Assembly (NCBI GenBank): GCA_963790285.1
Contig: CAWBNV010000001.1
Coordinates: 423,891 to 487,890 of the forward strand
Reading direction: 5' to 3'
Length of the DNA: 64,000 nt
Source of the DNA: an uncultured Alphaproteobacteria bacterium
GTDB lineage: Bacteria; Pseudomonadota; Alphaproteobacteria; Sphingomonadales; Sphingomonadaceae
This document shows positions 26,020 through 35,851 of this stretch, piece by piece. The position numbers and the translations under genes were made by a program. Below the pieces are notes generated by a model. That model searched no databases. It was not told where the DNA came from and saw nothing but the letters and a program-made list of their open reading frames with translations. The number at the start of each line of letters is the position of its first letter. Position 1 is the stretch's first letter.

Positions 26020-27229
26020 CCTCGGCCGGGCACGGCCCGCCGGTCGCCCAGTCGAGCAGTTCGACGAGGTGGACGACGCGCGCGCCGCCCCTGCCGCCCA
26101 GCTGGTTGAGGCAGCCGATGTTCCCGGTGGCGACGATGTCGGCACCGGTCGCGGCGATATGGTCGAGCTTGCGCGCGCGCAGCTGCGCGGCGAGTTCGGG
26201 CTGGAGCAGGTTGTACGTGCCGGCCGAGCCGCAGCAGATATGCCCCTCGGCGATCTCGGCCACGTCGAATCCGGCTGCCGTGAGCAGCCGCCGCGGCTCG
26301 GCGCGGACCTGCTGGCCGTGCTGGAGCGAGCAGGCGGCGTGATAGGCGACCCGAAGCGGCGGCCGGGCGACCGTCACCAGGTCGAGCGTCGCCGCGACCT
26401 CGCTGACGTCGCGCATCTTCGCCGCGAACGCCGCCGCGCGGTCGGCCCAAGCGGGGTCGCCGGCGAGCAGCGTGCCATAGTCCTTGAGGTGGGTGCCGCA
26501 TCCCGACGTCGTCGTTACCACCGCGTCGAGCGGCCCGGCGGCCTCAGCGGCCGCGATCACTGCCCGGGCCGCCGCCGCCGAGGTGTGCCCGAGGTGCTGA
26601 GCGAGGGCGCCGCAGCAGCCGGCATCGACGACGACGACCTCAACCCCGTGGCGCGTGAGCAGGCGGACGGCGGCGGCATCGATCCCCGGGCGCAGCGCCG
26701 GCTGGACGCACCCGGCGAGCAGGGCGACGCGCGCGCGCTGCGCGCCGGTCGCCGCGAACACGCCGGCCGGTTCCGCGCCACGGACGGGCTCCGCCGGCAC
26801 GGCGCGGAGCAGGGCTCCGAGCCGCCCACCGATCAGCGGCGCGAGCGGCCGCGCCAGGCGGCCCAAGGCGCTGGCCAACCGGAAGCGCGCGCGGTGCGGC
26901 AGGGTGGCGACGAGGGCCGCGCGGAGCAGCCGGTCGGCGAGCGGGCGGCGGTAGGTCGCCTCGATATGTTCGCGCGCATGGTCGATCAGGTGCGCGTAAT
27001 CGACCCCCGACGGGCACGTCGTGACGCAGCTCAGGCAGCCGAGGCAGCGGTCGAGGTGCGTGACGGTCGATGCCGCCGGCGGCGCATCGCTCGCCAGCAT
27101 CTCCTTGATCAGCACGATGCGCCCGCGGGGGGAATCGAGCTCGTCGCCGAGGAGTAGGTACGTCGGGCACGTCGCCGTGCAGAAGCCGCAGTGGACGCAG
27201 CTGCGGATGATCGCGCTCGGCTCGGTCAT
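25973..27229 (-). CDS. glcF: Glycolate oxidase iron-sulfur subunit
   Basis: CVHCGFCTATCPTY, ELDSPRGRI, CLGCLSCVTTCPSGV, two CCG domains, CCGSAGTYNLLQP. Confidence 0.92.
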   Translation of the reverse strand: MTEPSAIIRSCVHCGFCTATCPTYLLLGDELDSPRGRIVLIKEMLASDAPPAASTVTHLDRCLGCLSCVTTCPSGVDYAHLIDHAREHIEATYRRPLADRLLRAALVATLPHRARFRLASALGRLARPLAPLIGGRLGALLRAVPAEPVRGAEPAGVFAATGAQRARVALLAGCVQPALRPGIDAAAVRLLTRHGVEVVVVDAGCCGALAQHLGHTSAAAARAVIAAAEAAGPLDAVVTTTSGCGTHLKDYGTLLAGDPAWADRAAAFAAKMRDVSEVAATLDLVTVARPPLRVAYHAACSLQHGQQVRAEPRRLLTAAGFDVAEIAEGHICCGSAGTYNLLQPELAAQLRARKLDHIAATGADIVATGNIGCLNQLGGRGGARVVHLVELLDWATGGPCPAEVTASPAPENSSPDRP

Positions 27230-28359
27230 ACCGCGACCCGGCGGCCGGGATTGAGCACCCGCGCGGGGTCGAAGCGGGCGCGCACCCGCTCCTCGAGCGC
27301 GGCGAGCGCCGGGGTAAGCGGCGGGAACGCCGCGTTGCGCGCCGTGGGGTTGCCGCGGACGAGCGTCGCGTGGCCGTCGCCGCCTACCGCCGCGCGGATT
27401 GCCGGGCCCTGCGCGTCGCCGTCATCGGCCACCGCGAGCCAGATCAGCCCGCCGGCCCAGTCGAAATAGTAGCGCCCGGCCGGCAGCCGCGCCGCGACGA
27501 CGGCTCCGCCGGCCGGCGGGACGACGATCCGCCACAGCGCGGCGTCGGGCGGGACCAGCCGGTGGACCGCGCCGATCGCCGCCCAGTCGGCGTCCGCGAT
27601 GACGGCGCCTTCGCCCATCGCCGCAGCGACGGCCGCCGCGCGCGCGTCGAGCGCCGCGCCCTCGATCCGCACCACGGTCGCCGCCGGTCGGCCGTCGGCG
27701 GCGGGCAGGTGCGCCGCGCCGGTGACCGCGACATGGCTCGCCGCCGCGCGCGTCATCGCCGCCACCGCGGCGGCGTCGCTCAACCCCTCGACCGCCACGG
27801 TCACGCTCGCCCGCGGCGCAGGCAGCGTCTTGACCGTAATCTCGGTGAGCACCGCCAGGGTACCGAACGACCCCGCCAGCAGCTTGGGCAGGTCGTAGCC
27901 GGTGACGTTCTTGATCACCTTGCCCCCGGCGGAAAATACCTCGCCCGAGCCGTTGACCGCGGTCAGCCCAAGGAAATGGTCGCGCGGTGCCCCCGCCCAC
28001 GGCCGCCGCGGCCCACCCCAGCCGACCGCGAGCGCGCCGCCGATGGTGCCCGCTCCCGCCGCCCCGCCCCACAGCGGCGCATGGTCGGGCGGCTCCCAGG
28101 CGAGGTGCTGCCCGGCCGCGGCGACCGCCGCGGCGACCTCGGCGAGCGGCGTCCCGGCGCGTGCGGTCAGGACGAGTTCGGCGGGGTCGTAGTCGACGAT
28201 CCCGCTCAGCCGCGCGAGCGACAGCACGCCGCGCGCCGCCACCGCCGGCCCGATCCCGCGCCGGGTGCCGGTGCCCTCGACCGCCAGCGGCGCGTTCGCG
28301 TCCGCCGCGTCGCGGACATAGGTCGCCACCTCGGCGGTCGAAGCCGGCTCGAGCCGCAT
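27226..28359 (-). CDS. glcE: Glycolate oxidase FAD subunit E
   Basis: From MRLEPAS; GIVDYDPAELVLTARAGTPL, GGKVIKNVTGYDLPKLLAGSFGTL, FDPARVLNPGR. Confidence 0.9.
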   Translation of the reverse strand: MRLEPASTAEVATYVRDAADANAPLAVEGTGTRRGIGPAVAARGVLSLARLSGIVDYDPAELVLTARAGTPLAEVAAAVAAAGQHLAWEPPDHAPLWGGAAGAGTIGGALAVGWGGPRRPWAGAPRDHFLGLTAVNGSGEVFSAGGKVIKNVTGYDLPKLLAGSFGTLAVLTEITVKTLPAPRASVTVAVEGLSDAAAVAAMTRAAASHVAVTGAAHLPAADGRPAATVVRIEGAALDARAAAVAAAMGEGAVIADADWAAIGAVHRLVPPDAALWRIVVPPAGGAVVAARLPAGRYYFDWAGGLIWLAVADDGDAQGPAIRAAVGGDGHATLVRGNPTARNAAFPPLTPALAALEERVRARFDPARVLNPGRRVAV

Positions 28360-29843
28360 CAGAAGCGCGGCAGGTCGGGGAAGCGCGTCGCCCCGCCATG
28401 GACATGGACGCGCCCCATCTCGGCGCAGCGGCACAGCTCGGGGAAGACCTTGCCCGGGTTGAGCATGTTCCCGGCGTCGAACGCGCACTTGAGCCGCGTC
28501 TGCTGGGCGAGATCGACCGCGGTGAACTGGCGGACCATCAGGTCGCGCTTCTCGACGCCGACGCCGTGCTCGCCGGTCAGCACGCCGCCGACCTCGACGC
28601 ACAGCTCGAGGATCGCCGCACCGACCGCCTCGGCCGCGTCGAGCTGCCCGGGGACCGCGCCGTCGTACATGATCAGCGGGTGGAGATTGCCGTCGCCGGC
28701 GTGGAAGACGTTGGCGACGCGCAAGCCCTGTGCGGCGGCGATCTCGCCGATCCGGCGGAGGACGAGCGGCAGCGTGCGCCGCGGGATCGTCCCGTCGACA
28801 CAGTAGTAATCGGCCGCGATCCGTCCCACCGCCGGGAACGCCGCCTTGCGCCCGGCCCAGAACAGCGCCCGCTCGGCCTCGCCGTTCGAGGGCCGCGCCA
28901 GCGTCGCGCCGGCCGCGCGCGCAATCCGCTCGACCTCGACGATCGCCTCGTCGACCTCCGCGGGCGTCCCATCCAGTTCGGCGATCATCAGCGCCTCGAC
29001 GTCGAGCGGATAGCCGGCGTGGACGAACGCCTCCGCCGCGGCGATCGCCGGCGCGTCCATGATCTCGAGCGCGGCGGGGATGATGCCCGCCCCGATGATC
29101 GCCGCCACCGCCGCCCCCGCCGCCTCGACGGTGGCGAAGCCGAGCAGCAGCGCGCGCGCGGTCGCCGGCTTGGGCAGCAGGCGGACCGTGACCTCGGTGA
29201 CGATGCCGAGCAACCCCTCCGACCCGCAGACGACGCCGAGCAGGTCGTAACCCGCCGGGTCGAGCCCGCGCCCGCCGAGGCGCACGATCGTGCCGTCGGC
29301 CAGCACCAGCTCGACCCCGAGCAGGTTGTTCGTCGTCATGCCGTACTTCAGGCAGTGGACCCCGCCGGCGTTCTCCGCGACGTTGCCGCCGATCGAGCAG
29401 GCGATCTGGCTCGACGGGTCGGGCGCGTAATAGAAACCCGCGTCCGCCACCGCCGCCGACACCGCGAGGTTGGTCACCCCCGGCTGGACGACGGCGCAGC
29501 GGTTGGCGAGGTCGACCGCGAGGATGCGGTTCATCCGCGAGCACCCGATGACGATGCCGTCGGCGAGCGGCAGCGCGCCGCCCGACAGCGACGTCCCCGA
29601 CCCGCGCGGCACGACCTTGATCCCGCGCCGGTGGGCGAAGGCGAGCACCGCCGCCACCTCGGCGGTCGTTCGCGGCAGGACGACGGCGAGCGGCACCTGG
29701 GCGTAGGCGGTCAGCCCGTCGCTCGCATAGGCCCCGAGCTCGGCCGGGTCGGCGATCACCGCGTCGCCGGCGACGGCGCGCAGGCCGCGGACGATCGCAC
29801 CGCGGTCGGCGATCGTCGCCGCGTCGGGTTCGGGCATCTTCAT
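28359..29843 (-). CDS. glcD: Glycolate oxidase FAD subunit D
   Basis: From MKMPEPD; PRGSGTSLSGG, YAPDPSSQIACSIGGNVAENAGGVHCLKYG, HAGDGNLHP, TGEHGVGVEKRD. Confidence 0.93.
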   Translation of the reverse strand: MKMPEPDAATIADRGAIVRGLRAVAGDAVIADPAELGAYASDGLTAYAQVPLAVVLPRTTAEVAAVLAFAHRRGIKVVPRGSGTSLSGGALPLADGIVIGCSRMNRILAVDLANRCAVVQPGVTNLAVSAAVADAGFYYAPDPSSQIACSIGGNVAENAGGVHCLKYGMTTNNLLGVELVLADGTIVRLGGRGLDPAGYDLLGVVCGSEGLLGIVTEVTVRLLPKPATARALLLGFATVEAAGAAVAAIIGAGIIPAALEIMDAPAIAAAEAFVHAGYPLDVEALMIAELDGTPAEVDEAIVEVERIARAAGATLARPSNGEAERALFWAGRKAAFPAVGRIAADYYCVDGTIPRRTLPLVLRRIGEIAAAQGLRVANVFHAGDGNLHPLIMYDGAVPGQLDAAEAVGAAILELCVEVGGVLTGEHGVGVEKRDLMVRQFTAVDLAQQTRLKCAFDAGNMLNPGKVFPELCRCAEMGRVHVHGGATRFPDLPRF

Positions 29844-29854
29844 CGCGGGCTCGC

Positions 29855-29891
29855 TTGACAAGACGGGCGGCGGGTTTGGTATACAGTTGGC
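29855..29891 (+). promoter_or_regulatory. Operator copy in the divergent glcD/gntR region
   Basis: TTGACA (29855), then 18 nt, then GTATACAGTT; same core (ACTGTATAC on the minus strand) as 23763. Confidence 0.55.
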
Positions 29892-29997
29892 TGCAGCTGC
29901 GCAAGGGAGGGGGCATGCAAGACCTTCGCCACGCCGGGAGACGCACGATATCGGCACCACGCCTTGCGCCGCCGGTGACGCGTTGACGGCATCCCCG

Positions 29998-30762
29998 ATG
30001 CCGGCCACGCTGCCGCCGGACACGTTGGCCGCGACGCCGACGACGCTGCGCAGCCACGTCGTCAAGACGCTGCGCGCGCAGATCCTCGGCGGGCGCTACC
30101 GCCCGGGCGACCGGCTCAACGAGAGCGCGATCGCGCGCGAACTCGACATCAGCCGCATCCCCGTGCGCGAGGCGCTGTCGCAGCTCCACGAACAGGGGCT
30201 GGTGATGAACCACGAGCGCCGCGGCATGTTCGTCATCCAGCTCGCCCCCGAAGAGGTCCAGCAGATCAACAGCTTGCGCATCGTGCTCGAAAGCGAGGCG
30301 ATGCGCCTCGCCCGGGCGCGGATGACGCCGGCGATCCATGCCGAGCTCGAGGCGCTCGTCGCCCAGATGGACCGCTGGGACGGGCCGCTGCTGGACGCCG
30401 CCGATCTCGACCGCAAGTTCCACGCGGTGATCTGGCGGGCGAGCGGCAACCCGTATCTCGTCCGCGCGCTCGACCAGCTGACCACGGCGCTGTTCGCCCA
30501 CAAGGCGCTCGAGCATGTCAGCCGCGAGATCCGCCGCTGGCGGCTCAACCACCACCGCGCGCTGCTCGACGTCGTCGTCGGTCCGGAGGGCGGCGACCCG
30601 CAGCTCGCGCTCCTGACCCATCTGCGGATGGCGTACACCGAGCCCGAGCGCTTCGCGAGCCTCGGCCTCGAGACGACGCCGCCGACCCCGCCGGTCGCCA
30701 AGCCGCGCGCTACCTCGGTCGCGGCCAAGCCGCGCGGGCGTGCCCGCCCGATCCCCGCCTGA
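29998..30762 (+). CDS. GntR-family (FCD domain) transcriptional regulator
   Basis: wHTH ILGGRYRPGDRLNESAIARELDISRIPVREAL, FCD motif DRKFHAVIWRASGNPYL. Start uncertain. Confidence 0.92.
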   Translation: MPATLPPDTLAATPTTLRSHVVKTLRAQILGGRYRPGDRLNESAIARELDISRIPVREALSQLHEQGLVMNHERRGMFVIQLAPEEVQQINSLRIVLESEAMRLARARMTPAIHAELEALVAQMDRWDGPLLDAADLDRKFHAVIWRASGNPYLVRALDQLTTALFAHKALEHVSREIRRWRLNHHRALLDVVVGPEGGDPQLALLTHLRMAYTEPERFASLGLETTPPTPPVAKPRATSVAAKPRGRARPIPA

Positions 30763-30772
30763 AGGAAGACGC

Positions 30773-31618
30773 ATGAAATTGGTCCGCTACGGTCCGCGCG
30801 GGGCCGAACGTCCGGGGCTGGTCGATGCCGGCGGCACGATCCGCGACCTGTCGGCAGTCGTCGGCGATATCGACGGCGCGGTGCTGGCGACGCGGCTCGC
30901 CGACCTCGCCGCGCTCGATCCCGCGACCCTGCCGGCGGTCGATGCCGGGGTCCGCCTCGCCGAGCCCGTCGCGCGCGTCGGCAAGTTCATCTGCATCGGG
31001 CTCAACTACCGCGACCATGCCGCCGAATTGAACATGCCGATCCCGGCCGAGCCGATCATCTTCATGAAGGCGACGTCGGCGATCATCGGCCCGAACGACG
31101 ACGTGATCCTGCCGCCGACGTCGGCCAAGGGCGACTGGGAGGTCGAACTCGGCGTCGTCATCGGGCGCGAGGCGCGCTACGTTCCGCTCGCGGCGGCGCT
31201 CGACCATGTCGCCGGGGTCTGCGTCGTCAACGACCTGTCGGAGCGAGAATATCAGCTCGAACGCGGCGGCCAGTGGGACAAGGGCAAGGGGTGCGACACG
31301 TTCGGGCCGTTCGGCCCGTGGCTGGTCACGCTCGACGAGGCGGGCGACCTCGGCGACCTCGGCCTGTGGCTCGACGTCAACGGCGAGCGGATGCAGGCCG
31401 GCACGACGCGCGAGCTGATCTTCGACGTGCCGTTCATCGTCCATTACGTCAGCCAGTTCATGAGCCTGCAGCCCGGCGACGTCATCTCGACCGGCACCCC
31501 GCCGGGGGTCGGCATGGGCAAGAAGCCGCCGCGCTGGCTCCAGCCGGGCGACGTCATCACGCTCGGGATCGACGGGCTCGGCGAGCAGCGCCAGGTCGTC
31601 CGGCGCGAGGGCGCATAG
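30773..31618 (+). CDS. Fumarylacetoacetate-hydrolase-family protein (2,4-diketo-3-deoxy sugar acid hydrolase-like)
   Basis: MKLVRYGPRGAERPG, KFICIGLNYRDH, DWEVELGVVIG, NDLSERE, GKGCDTFGP, PGDVISTGTPPGVG. Confidence 0.9.
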   Translation: MKLVRYGPRGAERPGLVDAGGTIRDLSAVVGDIDGAVLATRLADLAALDPATLPAVDAGVRLAEPVARVGKFICIGLNYRDHAAELNMPIPAEPIIFMKATSAIIGPNDDVILPPTSAKGDWEVELGVVIGREARYVPLAAALDHVAGVCVVNDLSEREYQLERGGQWDKGKGCDTFGPFGPWLVTLDEAGDLGDLGLWLDVNGERMQAGTTRELIFDVPFIVHYVSQFMSLQPGDVISTGTPPGVGMGKKPPRWLQPGDVITLGIDGLGEQRQVVRREGA

Positions 31619-31763
31619 GGCCGCGTCCGGGCGTCGAAGCTCGGGCCGATAAAGCGCTGTCCTACAGGGGCTTGGCCGCCTAGCCTTGCCGGTGCCCGCC
31701 GTGTCGCCGCGCGCGGCGGTTCATTCTCATGGTTGGTTCAATGATGGGCACCCATTCGCAAAC

Positions 31764-31863
31764 CCGGGTCATGCTGGCGCATGCCAGCATCCATGTTCGG
31801 GCGAGGCGGCAGGCCAGCCCGCTCGTACGATCGTCGATGCCGGCATGCGCCCGCATGACCCGG
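31764..31863. repeat. REP-doublet-like palindromic element
   Basis: Outer inverted repeat CCGGGTCATGC...GCATGACCCGG. Each arm contains its own small hairpin (ATGCTGGCgcatGCCAGCAT; ATGCCGGCAT...). Confidence 0.65.
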
Positions 31864-32007
31864 CGGGGCTGGTTTACCAAATCGGTGATCGGTCTGTAGG
31901 GATAGACCTGTAGGGTTCGTGAAGTTCCACGGAGCGTGGGGCACCGCGACTGAGCTTCCGGTCGTGACAACTTCCGCGGCCTACACCCAGCCGTCGATGG
32001 GGAGCGG

Positions 32008-32030
32008 CGACGAACCGTCGCGGTTCGTCG
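32008..32030 (-). terminator. Hairpin downstream of the SDR pair
   Basis: Perfect 10-bp stem CGACGAACCG-tcg-CGGTTCGTCG, 25 nt past the stop at 32055. No U-tract. Confidence 0.4.
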
Positions 32031-32054
32031 GTTCACCTGTAGGACGGCGTGAAG

Positions 32055-32789
32055 TTAGAGGCTCATGCCCCCATCGATGACGATGTTCGACCCGCTCATG
32101 AAGGTCGCCTCGCGCGACGCGAGCAGGACGGCGATGGCGGCGATCTCGTCGGCGGTGCCGAGTCGTCCCATCGGCTGTCGGGCGACGAACGCCACCCGCG
32201 CCGCCGCCGCGTCGCCGGTCTCGCGCAGCCGGTCGCCGAGCGACGGCGTGTCGACCGTGCCCGGGCTGATCGCGTTGCAGCGGATGCCGTCGGTGATGAA
32301 GTCGCGCGCGACCGACATCGTCAGCCCGACCACCGCCGCCTTGCTCGTGGCGTAGGCGAAGCGGTTCGGCGCCGCCATCACCGAGCTGACGACCGAGGCG
32401 ATATTGATGATCGCCCCCTCGCGCCGGGCGCGCATCGCCGGCAGGAAGGCGCGGATCGTCGTCGCCATCGACACGACGTTGATCCGCCAGCTCCGCTCGA
32501 GGTCGTCGGGATGCGAGTCGAGGATCGTCCCCGACGCGACCCAGCCGGCACAGTTGACCAGCACCTCGACTTGCGGGTGAGCGGCGGCGATCCTCCCGAC
32601 CGCGGCGGCGTCGGTCACGTCCATCGCCGCCACGGTCGCGCGCCCGGCGAGGTCGGCGAGGCCGTCGGGGCGGAGGTCGGTCGCGATCACCGTCGCGCCC
32701 TCGGCGAGGAAGGCCTCGACCGTCGCCCGGCCGATGCCCGCCGCCGCCCCGGTGACGAGGCAGGTCCGCCCATCGAGCCGTCCGCTCAT
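32055..32789 (-). CDS. SDR oxidoreductase, 2-keto-3-deoxy sugar acid dehydrogenase/BDH2-like
   Basis: TGAAAGIG, VIATD, LVNCAGWV, NRFAYATSKAAV (YxxxK), IRCNAISPGTVDTPSL, FVARQPMGRLG. Confidence 0.88.
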   Translation of the reverse strand: MSGRLDGRTCLVTGAAAGIGRATVEAFLAEGATVIATDLRPDGLADLAGRATVAAMDVTDAAAVGRIAAAHPQVEVLVNCAGWVASGTILDSHPDDLERSWRINVVSMATTIRAFLPAMRARREGAIINIASVVSSVMAAPNRFAYATSKAAVVGLTMSVARDFITDGIRCNAISPGTVDTPSLGDRLRETGDAAAARVAFVARQPMGRLGTADEIAAIAVLLASREATFMSGSNIVIDGGMSL

Positions 32790-32807
32790 ACCAATCTCCT
32801 CAGATGC

Positions 32808-33635
32808 TTAGGCCGCATAGACCCCGTCCGCCCCGTCGATCCGGACGACCTGGCCGCTGATGAAACTGCTGCCGTCGCCCGCCAGAAAGGCGACGACGGC
32901 GGCGATCTCCTCGGGCCGGGCATAGCGGTCGAGCGACGGTCCGTCGCCCATCATCGCGGGATCGGTCGCCCGCGTCGCGAGGAAGCGCGCGCTCATCGTC
33001 GGCCCCGGGCTGACGGCGTTGACGCGGATGCCCGCGGGGCGCAACTCGAGCGCGAGGCAGCGGGTGTAATGGACGATCGCCGCCTTGGCGCAGCCGTAGA
33101 TGACCTCGGGCGAGACGCCGTGGTGGGCGTTGGTCGAGCCGAAGTTGATCACCGTGCCATAGCCCCGTGCGACCATGCCCGGGCAGACGGCGCGGCACAT
33201 CAGCAGGGTGCCGATGAAGTTGCGCTCGAACACGGCGACCGCGTCGGCGAGCGCGATGTCGAGCGCACCGTTGGGGTCGGGCTTCGTTCCGCCCGCGCCG
33301 ATGTCGCCGCCGGCACAGTTGACCAAGATGTCGATGCCGCCGAGCCCCGCCTCGACCCGCCCGACGAGCGCGGCAACCGCGGCAGGATCGGTGATGTTGC
33401 CGGTTACCGCCAGCGTCCGGCTCGCGGGCGTCGCGAGGCCGGCGGCCACTGCGGTCAGGCTCGCCGCCTCGCCGTACTGCGCCGGCGCTTCCTCGCTGAT
33501 GTCGTGGATGGCGACGTCGGCACCGCGGGCGATCAGCGCCGCGACGATCGTCCGTCCGAGCCCGCGGCCCGACCCGGTGACGAGCGCGACCCGGCCGGCG
33601 AGGTCGCCGTTCCCCGCCCCTGCCCCGTTCTGCAT
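32808..33635 (-). CDS. SDR oxidoreductase
   Basis: TGSGRGLG, IDILVNCAGG, YGCAKAA, IRVNAVSPG. Start taken at MQNG. Confidence 0.88.
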   Translation of the reverse strand: MQNGAGAGNGDLAGRVALVTGSGRGLGRTIVAALIARGADVAIHDISEEAPAQYGEAASLTAVAAGLATPASRTLAVTGNITDPAAVAALVGRVEAGLGGIDILVNCAGGDIGAGGTKPDPNGALDIALADAVAVFERNFIGTLLMCRAVCPGMVARGYGTVINFGSTNAHHGVSPEVIYGCAKAAIVHYTRCLALELRPAGIRVNAVSPGPTMSARFLATRATDPAMMGDGPSLDRYARPEEIAAVVAFLAGDGSSFISGQVVRIDGADGVYAA

Positions 33636-33685
33636 CGGCCACGCTCCCCCGCTCCCCGCCCGCTGTTTGATCCGCCGCCGCCGCG

Positions 33686-33723
33686 CTGACAAGCCGAAAA
33701 GTGTTTTCAGTATACAGATTGCG
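33686..33723 (+). promoter_or_regulatory. Operator copy in the divergent SDR/MFS region
   Basis: CTGACA (33686), then 18 nt, then GTATACAGATTGCG; reverse complement of the site is CGCAATCTGTATACT. Confidence 0.55.
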
Positions 33724-33810
33724 TGCGGCAGGATCGCGGGCTAGACCGGCAATGCTGTGGGGAGCGACGCTGACGGCTATGCCGACCGACACGATCAACG
33801 GCTGCGCGGC

Positions 33811-35067
33811 GTGAAGGCAACGCGGGTCCGCTTCGGCGTCGTCGGCTTCGCGCTGTCGCTCGCGGTGCTGTCGTACGTCCAGCGCGTCGCCATCTCGCAG
33901 GCGGCGGGGCCGATCTCGGCCGAACTGCACCTCGACAAGGCGGCGATGGGGCTGATCTTCGGCGCGTTCGGCCTGAGCTACGCGCTGTTCGAGATTCCGA
34001 TGGGGCTGCTCGGCGACCGCGTCGGCGCGCGGCGGGTGCTGACCCAGATCGTGCTGGCCTGGTCGCTGTTCACCGCGCTGACCGGCGCGGCGTGGAGCGT
34101 CGCCTCGCTGTGGGTCATCCGCTTCCTGTTCGGCGCCGGCGAGGCGGGATGCTTCCCCAACCTGACGCGGATGCTCAGCCAGTGGCTGCCGGCGGGCGAG
34201 CGGGTGCGCGCCCAGGCGCTGATGTGGGCGTTCGCCCGCTGGGGTGGCGCCGTGACGCCGCCGCTCGCGCTGCTGACGATCGGCCTCGTCGGCTGGCGCT
34301 GGGGCTTCGTCGCCTTCGCCGCGCTGGGCGTGGTGTGGACGATCGCCTTCCGCGCCTGCTTCCGTGATTCGCCCGCGGACCATCCCGGCGTCAACGCCGC
34401 CGAGCGCGCGCTGCTCGCCGACGCGCATGCGCTCGTCACCCACGAGACGCCGGCGCGCTGGTGGCGGATCATCGTCCAGCCGCAGGTGCTGCTGCTGATG
34501 CTCCAGTACTTCGCCTTCTCGTACGTGTGGTACTTCTACATCACATGGCTGCCGTCGTACCTGCGCGAGGCACGCGGGCAGAGCGCGGCGGCGGCGGCGT
34601 CGCTCGCCGTGCTGCCGCTGCTCGCCGGCGGGTTCGGGTCGATCCTGTCGGGCGCGATCCCGCTCGCCGTGCCCCGCCGCGTCGTGGCCTTCGCCGGGTT
34701 CGCCGCGACCGGGCTCCTCCTCCTCGCCATCCCGCACGTGACCAGCGTCGGGGGCGCGATGGCGCTGATGGCGGCGGCGAGCTTCGCCAGCGACCTGACG
34801 ATGCCGATCTCGTGGAACACCTGCGTCGAGATCGGCCGCCGCTATACCGCGACAGTGGCGGCGGCGATGAACATGGCCGGCAACCTCGCCGGCTTCATCG
34901 CGCCGGTGGTCGGCGGCATGATCCTGAAGCGCACCGGCGGCGACTGGTCGGTGGTCATCGACACGATGGCCGGCTTCGCTGCGGTCTCGGCGGCGTGCTG
35001 GCTGTTTATCGATCCCGCCCGCTCGGCGGCGCGCGCCGCCCCGCTCGACGCGGCACCGCAGGTCTGA
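33811..35067 (+). CDS. MFS transporter, anion:cation symporter (sugar acid) type
   Basis: LSYVQRVAISQA, YALFEIPMGLLGDRVGARR, RFLFGAGEAGCFP, WYFYITWLPSYL, AMNMAGNLAG. Confidence 0.88.
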   Translation: MKATRVRFGVVGFALSLAVLSYVQRVAISQAAGPISAELHLDKAAMGLIFGAFGLSYALFEIPMGLLGDRVGARRVLTQIVLAWSLFTALTGAAWSVASLWVIRFLFGAGEAGCFPNLTRMLSQWLPAGERVRAQALMWAFARWGGAVTPPLALLTIGLVGWRWGFVAFAALGVVWTIAFRACFRDSPADHPGVNAAERALLADAHALVTHETPARWWRIIVQPQVLLLMLQYFAFSYVWYFYITWLPSYLREARGQSAAAAASLAVLPLLAGGFGSILSGAIPLAVPRRVVAFAGFAATGLLLLAIPHVTSVGGAMALMAAASFASDLTMPISWNTCVEIGRRYTATVAAAMNMAGNLAGFIAPVVGGMILKRTGGDWSVVIDTMAGFAAVSAACWLFIDPARSAARAAPLDAAPQV

Positions 35068-35077
35068 AGGAGCAGGC

Positions 35078-35834
35078 ATGAAGATCGACCTCAGCGGACG
35101 AACAGCGGTGATCGTCGGCGCGAGCGGCGGGCTCGGGGTGGCGATGGCGACCGCGCTCGCCGGTGCGGGGGCGCGGCTGGCGCTGGTCGCGCGTAACCGG
35201 GCCAAGCTCGACGCGCTGGCCGAGACGCTCGCTGCCCGGGGAACCGAGGTCGCCGTCTTCACTGCCGACGTCACCGACGAGGGCGAGGTGGCGGCGATGG
35301 CGGCGGCGGTGCAGGACCGCTTCGGCCATCCCCAGATCCTGATCAACAGCGCGGGCACCAACATCCGCAAGAACCTCGTCGACTTCAGCGTCGCCGAGTT
35401 CCGCAGCGTCGTCGAATTCGAGCCTGATGTCGACTTTCCTCGCCTGCCGCGCCTTCGTGCCCGGCATGATGGGCACCGGCTACGGCCGGATCATCAACCT
35501 GACGTCGATCATGGCGCACGTGTCGCTGCCCGGCCGGACGGCGTATTCGTCGGCCAAGGCGGCGCTGCTGGGCCTGACCCGCGCCCTCGCGCTCGAGCTC
35601 GCGGGGGAGGGGATCACGGTCAACGGAATTAGCCCGGGCCCGTTCGGGACTGAGATGAACGCGCCGGTGATGAACGACCCGCAGGCCAACGCGGCGTTCC
35701 TCGCCAGCCTGCCGGTCGGGCGCTGGGGCCGGGTCGAGGAGATCGGCGCGCTGGCGGTCTACCTGTGCTCGGACCTCGCCGGCTTCGCGACGGGAAGCGA
35801 CATTCTGATCGACGGCGGCTGGACCGTCCGCTGA
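35078..35834 (+). CDS. SDR oxidoreductase, gluconate 5-dehydrogenase-like (frameshift near 35416)
   Basis: N-half GASGGLG...ILINSAG (35078 ORF) and C-half YSSAKAA...VNGISPG...IDGGW (35427 ORF) lie in adjacent frames. Confidence 0.85.
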
Positions 35835-35851
35835 CTTTGGGGAGAACAACG

